64,000 nt of DNA, taken from contig DF237269.1 of the NCBI GenBank assembly GCA_000708835.1, forward strand, positions 1 through 64,000, given 5' to 3'. The position numbers were made by a program, and so were the translations under genes. This stretch comes from Klebsormidium nitens. Taxonomy: Eukaryota > Plantae > Klebsormidiophyceae. Under the pieces are notes generated by a model. That model ran no database searches. It saw only the letters and a program-made list of their open reading frames with translations, and was not told the DNA's origin. Below, in pieces: positions 1-12,200 of this stretch. Position 1 is the stretch's first letter. Each line of letters opens with the position of its first letter.

Positions 1-567
1 TCGGCGGCCGGACACACCGAATTTTCGGCGCGGGCTAGTCCGGCCGTACCGCGGCCCGCCAAAGAGACTCCGCATTACGACCCGACTTCTCGTGCATTTC
101 CTATGTGTCATCTTTGCATGGACGGAAAATTTCATATGTATGTCTAACCAGCGTCCTGAACAATTATAGCTGCACATGAGGACACACGTATATGATACGC
201 GCGCCGGGACACGCTGTGCACGCTGCACATTCGGAGGCATACGAAAGCTACTTCGTTAAAAAGGTCGGCGGGGCAGAAATTCCACCTATAGCGTGAGAAA
301 CAAATGCATGGCAAATTATGGAACCACTCGCAGGATATTGCCGTAGCTACAGCCTCCTGCACCCCCGGCAGCGGGACAGACCGTGTCCTCCACATATAGA
401 ATCAAAGGAATCCTGATTGTGTTTGTTTCTTGCATCCTCGGGGCATCCTCGGAACTCAGGCAAAACATGCCGAATGAAGGGTCAAATGTTCGTCTATCAC
501 AATGCAGCCACGGCCTGTGTCCGGAAGAAAAGACATTTGGTCAACCTGCCACAGGGGTTTGCCATCC

Positions 568-3500
568 TCATGTAGCCTTCCGTCCCGCCTTTTCTTCGAT
601 ACCTGCAGAGGACCAATATTGTTCGTGGATGTCTAATAAAACGGAAATTTCACTGATACGCAGCACTTGTGCCCAGGACTCGCGAGCTAAGGTACGCCCA
701 AAAGCAGAAATCAGAGCTCTGGGTACCTGCGAACAAACGGGCCCTCCTCGATTGAGGGCTTGCCCTCGTCATAAAGTCGCGCACAGAGTACTGAAATCTG
801 GCTTGAAGCGATCTTACGAGCAAACTCTAATGAAAAGGAGCTCCGACTTCCTACCTGACTTGGCAAAGCGTTGCCGCAGGACTTTCAACACGTCCTCGAA
901 CTTGACCCCCTGTGACGTCAGCAGCACCATGCTGTGGTACAGCACGTCCGCCATCTCGGAGGCCGTCCGGTCGGGGCCCTCGCTGTCCTCGACGCTTCTG
1001 CAAGAGAAGGGAACGGAGCGGCTGTACAACGGAACGGAACGATGTACGGCCCAGAAGCCAAGGGCTTTGCAAACCTCAGACGTCTAGACCCTCGTACGGA
1101 AAGAAACAGCTATTGAGCGAAAAGGAAGCCCTTCTTGACACGAAGGGAGTCGAGCTACCAAGTTCCTCAGAAAAAGGGAAAATGGGAGGAAAACGAGAAT
1201 AGACTCACATGTCGATTATCACCTCTTTCCGTGACAAGTTCAGACCCCTTTTTCGACACTTTCCGAATGGACCTGAAGTCACTCAAATTGTGCTCCAACA
1301 AGTACGAGCTACGGAGGCTTGCTGACCTTGAGAGAAGGGACTGAGAGTTCCTTCACAAGCCCGAAATGACCGAGACAAGAGTCGGGCCAAAGTTACCCTT
1401 CTGTTGGGCTCTTGTTTCGTAACGAACTTAAGATCAGCAGCCAGCCTCGAAGCGAGAGCCGGTGAAGAAGAAACACAAACTGCATACGTGTTTCTTTACT
1501 TCCGGCTCGCGGTTTGTGGCTGACTGCTGGTTGCACCCTAGGTAGACTATGTGTCCCCTTACCTGCACAACTCATCCGCCTCTTCCAGGATCTTGGACCG
1601 GAGCAGCTCGGGGCTTTCCAGCAGTCTGCGCGTCCAGGATGGCTTCTTGCCCAGGGGAGGTCCCCGGGTCGCTGCATCCGCTCGAGACTCGGCTAATCGC
1701 TGCTCGATGGTCGACTCAAGGGAGTAGAGAGTGGTCAGGGCGGTCGGGGGGTGCTCCTGCCGAAAGGGAGGGAAGCATTTAGAAGAATGGAGCTGTTACG
1801 CCTTGTTTAACGTAGCAAGAAGTGTCGAGGAAAACCATCGGCTCAAACCTCGGCTGATCGCTGCTCAATGGTTGACTTGAGGACGTAGAGAGCGGCCGAG
1901 GGGTGTTCTTGCGGAAAGAAAATAAACTTGTGAGAAGAATGTTGGACGCCTTGTTTTAATCGAGCAGGAAATGTCGAGGAGAAGAACACCGTCCGCTCAG
2001 AACTCGGCTAATCATTGCTCAATAGTCGACTCAAGGGAGTAGAGAGTGGTCAAGGCTGCCGGGGGTTATTCCTGCGGAGGAGGCGGAAAGTGATGAGGAG
2101 GATGGAGTAACTGTTTACGCCTTGTTTTTATAGAGCAAGAAGTCTCGGGGAGAAGGAAACCATCCGCTCAGAACTCGGCTGATCGCTGCTATATGATGGA
2201 CTCAAGGGAGTAGAGAGTGGTGAAAGCTGCTGGGAAGTCTTCCTGCGGAATGGGAGGAACCTTAGTGAGAAGAATGGAGTATGCGGTGTAATGTTGTGGC
2301 AAGAAGTGTTGACGAAGGGGGAGAAAGTCATCCGCTCGGAAAGCGGCTGATCGCTGGTTAGCTTCGACTCGAGGGAGTAGAGAGTGGTCAAAGCTGCTGG
2401 GTTCCTGCCGGAAGCAAGGAAACGTAGTGAGAGACATGGAGTACGCGGCGTGATAACGTGGCAGGAAGTGTATTGAAGAGAACAAAAGGCATCCGCTCGG
2501 GACGAGGCTGATCGGGCGAGATGGTCGACTCAAGGGAGTGGAGACTGGTCAGAACTGTGGGGTGAAGGAAATGCACGTAGTGAAAAACGTATGATGTATG
2601 ATAACGCGACACACTGTCAAGAAGGAGAATGTTAGTCCGCTCTGGACTCGGCCAACCGCTGCTCGATGGTCGCCTCGAGGGGAGTAGACAGTGGTCAGAA
2701 CGGTGGGGGGATGCTGCTGCGGACGGAGAAGAAACTGATGAGAGAGAAGTATGCGAAGCGGACCTGGCTAGAAGTGTAGAGAACGTGACCATCACGATGA
2801 GAGTCGAACAGAACGAGGAAGGGAATGAAGTAAGAAGCCATTTGTGTGAGATTGTCCAAGTAAGGGACGATCTGCTCGAAACAAAGAAGAACAAGAGCCA
2901 TCTGAGGACATACTCTGACGTTCTCAGGCGGGATGTGCCCTCGACTAAGCATCTTCTGATAACGCTGAGCGGAGCATTTGCCGAACTAGTCTCGAGTTGC
3001 ACTAATCAAGTTGTAGTACTGACGAAGAAACTTCTTCTGGACTGGCTCGAGAGGACCTTTGGGTACTTCAAGAATTTGGAAGGCCGCTTGTGGCAGAACG
3101 AGCTTCGGGTATCGAGCAAGAATCTGGAGGTTGGCAGCCAAATGCGCATCGTTGACCAAGAGCAAACTTGATCACTAACGGCCGTTCAAAACCTAAGATC
3201 CACGGGCATCAGAGTCAACGTCCCGGACACGCATCAAGCACTGAAGAGAGTTTTGTTTGACCCGACTTTCCGAGACAGGAGTAAAATGGTAGCTTCATAA
3301 AAAGCCGCAGGGACTGTCAGACGATTCATTGATCCATGTTAAAACCTCCAGCGATCTGGCATCTATCAACGAGGTTGCAACTGCCTTATGGCATCAATTT
3401 TCCCTCAGACAACCGGCTCAGCAGATTGATTCATTAAGTATCAGCACAAATGCAGGCGCTCACCTCGGAATGCGTCGCAGCACCATTCTCTCCCAGTTCC

Positions 3501-5143
3501 TCCAGTCTCGTGAAGTAGCACGTCTCCGCCCCAGTGTGACAAGTGGGCCCATCCGGCTTCCCGAAGTAAATCACCGAATCCTTGTCGCAGTCGATGTAGA
3601 CATCGGTAACGTCGATGAAGTTTGACGACGTCTCGCCCTTCGTCCAGAGCTGCTTTCGGCTGCGGCTGAAGAAGGTGGCGCGCTTGGAGGCGAGCGTGGC
3701 GGATATGGCGTCGCGGTTGGAGAAGCCCTGGAGCAAATTGTCGGTGAATACCATTGATATAGATCAAGCGGAGCTGCACAACAATTTCTGTTGAAAATCA
3801 TTCTTTTGGCTTCCCTAACGGTCTCTTTGGTGAGGCCAGATTGTCCAGGCTCTGAATTGGAATGTATCAATCGCCTTGGATATGCATCCCACGAAGTAAC
3901 AGAGAAGCAAACTCTGTGTCGCTTGCTGAACGCATGCTTCGTACTACAGGCAGCAGAACACTCGTTCACAGCATTGCAGCCTAGCTGTCAGCATGTGTTC
4001 CAGAAGTAGAAAGATTGTCTTGGCAGACTGGTAGAACCGCCGTGTTCGGAAAGGAAGTTTCCAGCTTGTGTGAAACGCATCTTTTGAACCATCAAGCAAG
4101 TATTCAGTGTCTGCATCTGCATCTGGGAACGGCGTATTTGAACTTCTTTCCAATCTGGCACCTTCCTTGACCATTCAGTTCTGGCAATCAACGGTCCCTG
4201 CTGTCGTGTAGGAACATCAGAACCTTCGAGTCGCACCGACCGAGCAGTACAGGGTGAAGGTGAGAGACAGAAACAGTAGCTGGTTGATTCAAAAAATTTA
4301 CTGATCTTATAAGGGCTGGAAAGCCTTTGAGGGCCTTACTTGCATCAAGATAGCGCCAGTGTCCACATCTTGAGCAATAGCCACCACTAGCCCATTGGCG
4401 TCCCACTTCAACTTGTCAAGCAGCGCCTCCACCTGTGCACCAGAAAGCTTTCAGTTGGTTTTCGAAATACGAATGTTCGGAAGTGGCTGCTTCAGTCCAC
4501 GCACAAAGCACAGAGCATTGGAAACAGGTGTGGTGCTTTGAAACACTTGCATTCTGGTAATTCAGCAGCCTTTCCAGATCGGTAGAGTACTTTAAGCAGA
4601 CGAAAGAAAGTAATCAATCCCAGTGCAAGCCTGTCTTCTAAGTCCACAGTGGACGGTGGATTTCTTGTAAGGGTGGAGAGAAGTAAATTAACAAGCTGGA
4701 CATAGATGGAACCACCACCAATTTCAATCCACTTCGCAAGCCAGATTTCTGCCCAGCATGCATGCTATTGCTTCCAACTCGATGGCTGGTGGTCGGCCAA
4801 GAACCCCCACACATTTGCACCCCCTTCTTTCTAATGAACATCCACCAACATTGAAGCATCAGGTGAGACAGGACCGCTGCACCACCTCGGGCGTCGACTT
4901 TGGTTGCGCCCTCCCAGCAGGGACGCTATCAACTGTCGCCTGCACCCGCACACTTTGCCTCCCCTGCAGCATTGCATCTGGTCGACTAGGAGACAGAATG
5001 GGAGGTGAAAGATGCAATTGCCGGCCCAGGGATGGATGCACAAGAAGATGGATCAGCCCAGCATTGGATTGATGGCTGAAGCCAGTGTGTGCGCCGATAC
5101 CGGTTGGCGCTGCATGAAGTCGGTGTACAGCGGTGGTGGCCAT
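568..5143 (-). CDS. HISN2: Bifunctional phosphoribosyl-AMP cyclohydrolase / phosphoribosyl-ATP pyrophosphohydrolase (HisIE), plastid-targeted, about 328 aa, 6 exons
   Basis: Exons 5143-4886, 4432-4340, 3727-3464, 1756-1563, 997-855, 602-568 are all GT-AG and phase-consistent (987 nt). HisI motifs: LKWDANGLVVAIAQDVDTGAILMQGF, SRSRKQLWTKGETS, DCDKDS, GPTCHTGAETCYF. HisE motifs: KPSWTRRLL, SEMADVLYHSMVLL. The N-terminal exon resembles a transit peptide. Confidence 0.95.
1680..2780 (-). repeat. Tandem array (period about 145-170 bp): six degenerate copies of the HISN2 intron-3 acceptor plus the start of exon 4, upstream of the true exon
   Basis: The core GACTCAAGGGAGTAGAGAGTGGTCA (+ strand) or a variant recurs at about 1713 (true exon), 1874, 2028, 2199, 2366, 2527 and 2672. 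On the minus strand it encodes LTTLYSLES. Confidence 0.92.
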
Positions 5144-5259
5144 TCTGAGGAGAGCTGGAAATGGGCTGAAGCTGGCAGTGAAGGCGTTTTGTCCCACGGA
5201 GCGAGAGCAGCTACACTTGTGCTGAAAAAGTTCCAATGAGGGGCAGTTGGGCAAGAGGC

Positions 5260-5574
5260 ACAAAGCAGCCGAACTTTTCTTCGGAAAAACGGATGCGGAC
5301 ATCGTACGAATCAATCACCGGGTACCTTTTACAGCTACCGGGGAGCTGTTTCAACACTGAAACCCTAAGAATATGCCTTAGCCGTTAGTGTTAACCCTAA
5401 TCGTAGTGCAGTCACAGTTAGCGTGCGCGACCCTAACAAACCGTCACAGGCTTGCAACATAACCCTAATGTCACAGGCGATGCCCGGTTGCTCGTTGGCT
5501 GTTCAAAGGTCCGAACCCTGTTAACCTGCGCAGCGTCCGCAACTTTTTTCCGAAGAAAAGTTCGGCTGCTTTGT
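5260..5574. repeat. Perfect 30-bp inverted repeat pair upstream of HISN2
   Basis: ACAAAGCAGCCGAACTTTTCTTCGGAAAAA at 5260-5289 and its exact reverse complement at 5545-5574. Confidence 0.9.
5360..5468 (+). promoter_or_regulatory. Cluster of telo-box-like motifs (AAACCCTAA and variants) between the divergent HISN2 and VIT genes
   Basis: AAACCCTAA at 5360-5368, with ACCCTAA again near 5394, 5430 and 5462. Telo-boxes are known plant promoter/5'UTR elements; function here is inferred. Confidence 0.45.
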
Positions 5575-6266
5575 CCGTTTTGCGGCAGTTGGGCCGCAGG
5601 CCGCAGGTCGCAGGATGCATGGGCGCTCAGATGCAACGAGCGCGCGCGCGTTTAACCCAGGAGTGAGTGACTGCGTCGGAGTCGGAGCCTAACCACCGCG
5701 CGGCCGGCGCCGCCGGCCCGGCGGCCGCGCCCGGCCCCCTCCTATAGTCCAAACCCTTGCCAAACCCGTCCGAGTCAGTGGCGTATCCAGCCGCGTCGCA
5801 AACTTTGAAACGATGACCGCGGCCCGTAATCTGCATGAAATCAGGGAGTCCATCCATCGATCCCAAGTCCTCTTGGCGCGCAGCCGTCTTTATTGAGATG
5901 AGTCTTCAGATGTCACACCGCTTTGTTGCACATTCACTCTTGAGCAAGATTGACCCCAAGCGATTCTCTGCCAGTTTCCACAATTCCGCTTTTCAAATGG
6001 CTTCCGCGGTCGTCAACGCTTTCTCGCCCCACCGCCTGGTGACTACTACCTCGTTCCCAACAGGCTCAGCACAGCAGCCGTCACGAACACTCTTTGCTGC
6101 TCCCATCCTCAAAAACCGCCAAACATGCTCAGCTTTTCCAATCCCTTCATCCCGCAAGCTACAAACCAGCTTAGTTGGGCGACAATTGCCGATGAGCCGT
6201 CCAGAGGAGGGTTTCTGTTGCGGACGTCCCATTGCGAAAACGGACGTCCGCAAAGCAAAAGTGTCA

Positions 6267-9200
6267 ATGGCTGTCAGTGGAAACCATGCTGGAGGGGATG
6301 ACACTATCCCGGTGATGAATGATGCAGAGGTGGCGAGCGCGCCGTCGGGGTATGAGCCAGGAGAAGCGGGCTTTGGGGCGCTCAGCACGGAGAGGGGCCT
6401 GTTCCCACTGCGCTCCGTGCAGGTAAGGAAGAGCTTGATAAAATGATGCGAACAGGACTAATTTGTCTTACTTCTTTTGAAAGCGTGTGAAGCCTGGTCT
6501 TTTACTGCTCAGATTTGGCTCTGACATGATCTTTGACTGTTGTGTGCTGGATCCGTTGTGAGCAGATCGTGCAGGTGTGTCTCTGTTCATTGACGGTACT
6601 AAAAGGCGCTGTGGTGGTCTTTATATCAAGAGACTTGACTGGAAGCTCGTACAACACTCTCGTTTTCGTGCGACTTAAACATGGTACAGAAATGTCGTTC
6701 CTGACCGTTTCACGAGACTTAGGGCACGAGTAGAGTGTCAATTCCGTCTACAGGTCTTGCAGACAACCTTTGCAAGTTTCTTAAAAGGTCTGCTCTGGAA
6801 AACTTCGTAAGGCTAAATGACTGGGAGCCTAGACTGCTGATCACACCCTTTCCTTTTGGATATGAAAGTCCTTTTGCCAAATGGCAGGCCTCTTGAATGA
6901 AGCATATTCTCGTAGGGTCTGCCTGCTCTTCTAAAGACCAGTAGATGGGTTTACATGTCGTCTTGTATCCTGCCAGCAGCGAGTACAAGAATGAGTGAAC
7001 GTCGACAGGCAATACTCTGTCCGATTTGTTTCTCTCTTTGGCATCTGCCATAGGACACATAGTCTACTTTCTCTCATATCTGCATAAGTATCTGACGAAA
7101 AGCCCCTCCAGAACGACAACGGAGCGTCATCGACAAGATGCCAAGTCTTACCACAATCTTTCTGCTGGTAGGCCAGGAACTACAGCTCCTTTCATGCTCT
7201 ATCAGGTTCTGTGTGACACTCGTGATTGAACACCTCCATTGGGTAATCGTACTTTTCCGAATGAACATTTCCTGTTATTCTCCATCTCGAGTTGCTGCGC
7301 AGCGTCAATGTGAGGCACCCTTGTTCCGTCGCGAGGGGATTGGACATCGCCCTCAGAAGCTCATATGGAACTTCTGACTTGAGATCCACCATCATTGCTT
7401 CCTCCGTATTTGTCTGACCAGCTGTTCTCTACTTTCGAAAACAGGTGGCCGCCAAGATCTCTGCACTCTCCTGCCACGTCACCCTCCACCAGACGTTCGT
7501 CAACACGTTCGACTCCCCCCTGGAGGCCACCTACATCTTCCCCCTGCCAAGCGAAGCCGCAGTGACGTCATTCCGCCTGGAGGTTAAGGACCGGGTTATC
7601 GAAGCGGTTGTCAAAGAGCTAGGGGATGCTCGGGAGGAGTACGACCAGGCAGTGCGCAGCGGGTATCGGGCGGCGATTGCAGAGGAACAACTCCCTGGGG
7701 TAAGGATCTGTTGCTCAATGTTAGCAGACGTCACAAACTCTAATCTTTTTTGGTAGAGCTTCCGCCGTTTGCACTTCACAGCGAAAGCGCTTGCCCCGAA
7801 CATCAGAAGAGGGTATTTTTGAGGTCGGTCAACTGGTTCTACGTATCTGGGTCTTGGCACGTCTGCGAGGACCAGAGAAAACTCTGTCTGTCTCAGCTGT
7901 AAACTGCAACGAGCTCACGAAGAACCGTTTCGACCATGAACTCCGTTGGAGTTTTTGAGATTTTAAGGTTTGCTTTGTTGGCCAGGTGGTTCGACAACCC
8001 CGCCTGCTTATCTTCCCTTTCAGAGTCTCATTTGCGCTTCGTTTGCAATCGAGATTCCAAACGGGCATACCGCGCGCGCTCTCCGCAGGTGTTCTCTGTC
8101 CGCGTCGGCAACATTGCGCCGCGCGAGGTCGCCTCTGTGCGCCTCACGCTCGCGGCGCCGCTCCCGTTCCGCGACGGCGAGGCCACGTTCCGCTTTCCGC
8201 TCGTGGTCGCCCCGCGGTACATACCGAGCAATGGGCTGGACGCCGCACGAAACGGTTCCGCTGCGGACACGCATGCCGGAACGCCGGACATGTCCCGGAG
8301 CAGCCCTCCAGTGATGCTGCCCGGATTTGAAGAACCGGTTCAGTTAGGGATCGAGGTGAGAGATCGATTTTGATCGAATCACAGCAATCCTTGGATCTTG
8401 TGTGAGCTTCTACTTGAACTTCTCCGTTCCTGAATAGATGCGGGGGGCGAGGTGGGAAATTAGATCATCAAAAACGTGCAAACAGTAGATTCAAAACCTT
8501 GCGATTTGGGTTCACCAGGATTGCCGATCCTGGCCAGTGCAAGTTGGTGAATACGCTCTGCCGGTTCACAATGACGAAGCGGTTTTTCGGTAGCCCATGA
8601 ACGAAGACCGTGCTTGGAGTGCGATAGGGTCAATTTGTATCAGTTGAATCCGGGAATCCCGCGTCTCCCGACCTGATCCCAATTGAATATGAAAGTCTTG
8701 ACTGCAATCATTTGATGACATTCTCCAAAGTCGTATTCCTTTCGAAAGCGATTTTGTTCCGCTAATGTTCGGAACTGTGGAAGCCGTGATCCGTCCGTGA
8801 TTGAACGTGGTTTCTCTCGTGGCTGAACGGCCAAGCGTGCAGGCCTTTATTTCTTTCATCTCATGTGCCTGTTGGCTTGAAGGTGGGATTGGCTACGAGC
8901 AGAACAAATGGGTGAAGCGCATTGTGTCTTCGAGAACCTTTCAAGTCCTGGACACAGGCCAGTTGCCTGCGGAACATTCTCCTCTCTTGTTCCGTTTGGC
9001 GACCTTAAGGTTGAGTAGTTTTAAGCAATTAGCGTGGTCGTCCTGGGCATACGCGAAGTTTGAGCCATCGCGGAAAACGAAATAACTTCGTCTAGAAGAG
9101 CTGACGGTGACCTCTTTGAGTGCAGGTTGAACTCGACGAGGCCTCCCTCCTATCTCCAGCGTCCGTTCCAGCCTGCACACCATCTCCGTTTACGACACGA

Positions 9201-12200
9201 CAACCAACGGCCCTCAAGGCTCCAAGTCACCCTCTGCCGCCATCCGACGGCTCCGACTGGACCCCAAAGGAGACCGCCGCCTGAACCGCGACTTCATTCT
9301 GCGTTTCAACGTTACCGACCCCGCCAATTCGCCGATCGCAACTTCGCTGGCTCTCTCCGACGACCCTGGCGACGAATCAGAGGAGGGCACGTGGCAGCTG
9401 ACGCTGCTCTCCGCCCAGAATGGCGGAGTGCAGACAAACCCCAGGGACGTGGTCTTCGTGCTAGACCGGTCGGGGTCGATGGCCGGGTGGAAGATCGAAG
9501 CTGCACGCGCGGCAATGGCGCGAGTAGTACGATGCACAGAGCCTTCCGACCCTTTGTTCCAATCAGTCTGAATTCGATTAGACCAGGTTTTGAAGGACTC
9601 ACGGGCATCCAACTAGAGACACAAGGGCGCCTGTTGCTGTCCAATGACTGTTTCGACTAATCGCAGCGCCAAGAATCTGAGCAATTCATCGTCGAATGCT
9701 CAGCCCATCGAGCGGGACTGACCATTTCCTCGCGATTCTCTTATTAGATTCGTCAAGGGCAAGTGACCATTTTTCTGGAAGTGTCATCAGCATCGTAAGA
9801 CTACTTCGTAATATTGCGCGAATGAAGCGCGCGGACATCCTGCTGATACCCTTTCATACGGCGGTCCGTCAAGACGTACGGAAAGAAGGCTCTTCTCTTT
9901 ACGGCATGATCTTTCCAAATTATTCAACATTCCTGGCTATCCGTTCAGAAATAAGGGCAGAGCATCACAGTCAATGGAAACATTTCATTTCTTCTTGAAC
10001 GGATCTGTATTCAAACACCCAGAAGGCTGTTTATCACCTTACATCACTCCTTTCAGAGCCATTTTTTATTGCACGGGTGCCCCACTAACAGAGTATTCTC
10101 GAGCGGAGACCAGATTTTCCCCCTGCAAAATAGCACACTCTGACTGGCGCCTTTCAAAGCTGATGTGCTTTTCATCTGTCTGATTCTCCGTGCATTTCTC
10201 CTCTTCTTCAGATAGGTACGCTGACCGAAGACGACCGATTCTCACTCTTGGCCTTCGACAACGAGATTGAGACCCCCGACCTCCCAATCCCGGATTGGGT
10301 CAGCCAGATCAAGTCACGTTTCGAGCGACCTTCCAAGGCCTACAACCCCAGCTTGGTCGCCGCCACGGAGCCACATCGTCGCGTGGCAACGGAATTCCTC
10401 TCCAAAGTGAACGCGCGCGGCGGAACGGAGATGTTGATGCCGCTTGAGACCGGCGCGGCCGCGCTCACGTGGCCGCCGCCCGGGACGTTTGATTCGGAAG
10501 GGTTTCTGACGCGCGAAGCGGCCGCGCGGCCGCGCAGGCACAGGGTTTTGGTTTTGATGACGGATGCGCAGATCCAGCGCGAGGACGCGGTGATTGGCGC
10601 CCTTGGCCAGCAGCTGCAGGTGCGGCCTTCCCCTCCTTTGCGTTGCGTTCCGTTCCGGTCTATCTATTCCGCTCAATTCTGGTCGTTTTATTCCATGACA
10701 GACCTTACTAGCTTAATCTGCGACCCGAAATCGATCCTCTTTAGAATATCGCTTCTTCCGAGAGGCGCACGGGGAGCCGCGTTCCGCCATTCCTTTTCCC
10801 TTCGCCCCATCTCGTTTCCTGATGTCCTTGTGATCTGTCACTCTTTCCACACTCTAAGCGCCTCTTCTCACTGAAAGCCCTGGATATTGACGCAATTGTA
10901 CAGCAATTGCACACCGTTCCGGAGGTGCTCCCGATCTTCGAGGTTGATGTTTAAAAGGATCCCGGCCAGTAAGTCGAGGTTCAGCTTGAAGCTTTAAATA
11001 CAAGCATTTTACATGCTGATCTTTTGGGCAAACGGTTAGATTTTCTTCTTTTTGCGTTCACTGACACGGAAGTACTGTACTGGTTGGGGACTGATATGGT
11101 GAGCGGAGCAAACATTGCAACGGATCGGTTACCGTGGAACGGTTTTGTCAGGAAGTGATCAGACCGCGTTTGGATGTGGTAGTCGAAAGGATGTGAAGTT
11201 CGTGAGAAGCTCCTTCTGAAAGCAGGAGGTCCGGCGAAAGACGCGCGTCCTGTCATTGCTCACACGAGAACATGAGACTCGCCAACCACATAATTTGTTT
11301 TCTTTAGCACCATGTTGGTGAAAAATGTTCAGAACGTGTGAAGCCACTCAGCAGCAGCAAAATCTTATTTCAAGCGATTGGAAAAGACGGTACGTGGACA
11401 CATGTTCTGACAACATTAACCCCTTGTCCGAGGTCGACCTAGAAACAATATGCCCTACAACGATCTCACAGCGCATTGCTTCTTTCGATTGAAAACATTC
11501 GCTTTCCGCAGGGAACCCGCATTTTCGCCGTTGGCATCGACCAGGCCGTCAACGAAGGCTTCCTCACGCGCCTCGCCGCGCTAGGCGCCCCCGGCGGGCT
11601 CTGTGAGCTCGTGGAAAGCCGCGGCCGCCTCGACGCGGCCGCGGCGCGCATCGAGCGGCTCATGTGCGCGCCCGCGCTCACGGACGTCCAAATCGACGGC
11701 CTCAAAGCGGACGGGATCGAAATGATTCGAGGAAGTGTGACGCCCAGAAACTTGGGCGGCGTCTTTCCCGGGGTGCCCTTCGTGATCCGCGGCCGCTACC
11801 GCAAAACCCGCGCGCAGGAAGAATGCGCGAGCGCACCCGTCCTGACAGTATCGGGCCGGACGGCGGCGGGCGAGAGCTGGACGCAGGTCGCGGCGGCGCA
11901 CGTGACCCCGAACCCCGCGCTGCGCGCGCTTTGGGGGCGCGCGGCGATCCGCGAGCTGGACGACCAGTCCGTCTTCGCGACGGTGGCGCTGGGCAAGGAC
12001 GCGGGCGGCCTGATCCTCGACCTGCTGCGCGCGCGCATCCTCGAGCTGTCCCTGCGCTGCAGCGTGCTGAGCCGGTTCAGCGCTTACGTGGCAGTAGACC
12101 GGTCGGAGAAAGTGGAACCGGGCACCTGGGGTACCGCGCACGTGACGCAGCCGGTGGAAGTTCCTGCCGGGTGGGAGAACGTACCGGTCGGGACGGCTTT

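Noticed and set aside
5-46. Short hairpin (CGGCCGGAC…GTCCGGCCG with inner CCGAA/TTCGG)
   Set aside because: It has only a 9-bp GC-rich stem at the window edge, so context is missing and chance is likely.
383-1087. 234-aa + strand ORF
   Set aside because: It is antisense to HISN2 exons 5-6 and their intron, with no recognisable motifs.
1680-2780. CRISPR-like array (conserved ~30-bp core with longer variable intervals)
   Set aside because: The intervals are homologous to each other, the core is HISN2 exon sequence, the period is about 160 bp, and there are no cas genes in this eukaryotic context.
5627-5866. Minus-strand ORF containing DSDGFGK, superficially C2-domain-like
   Set aside because: The rest does not fit a C2 domain, and it spans a GC-rich promoter tract with no supporting exons.
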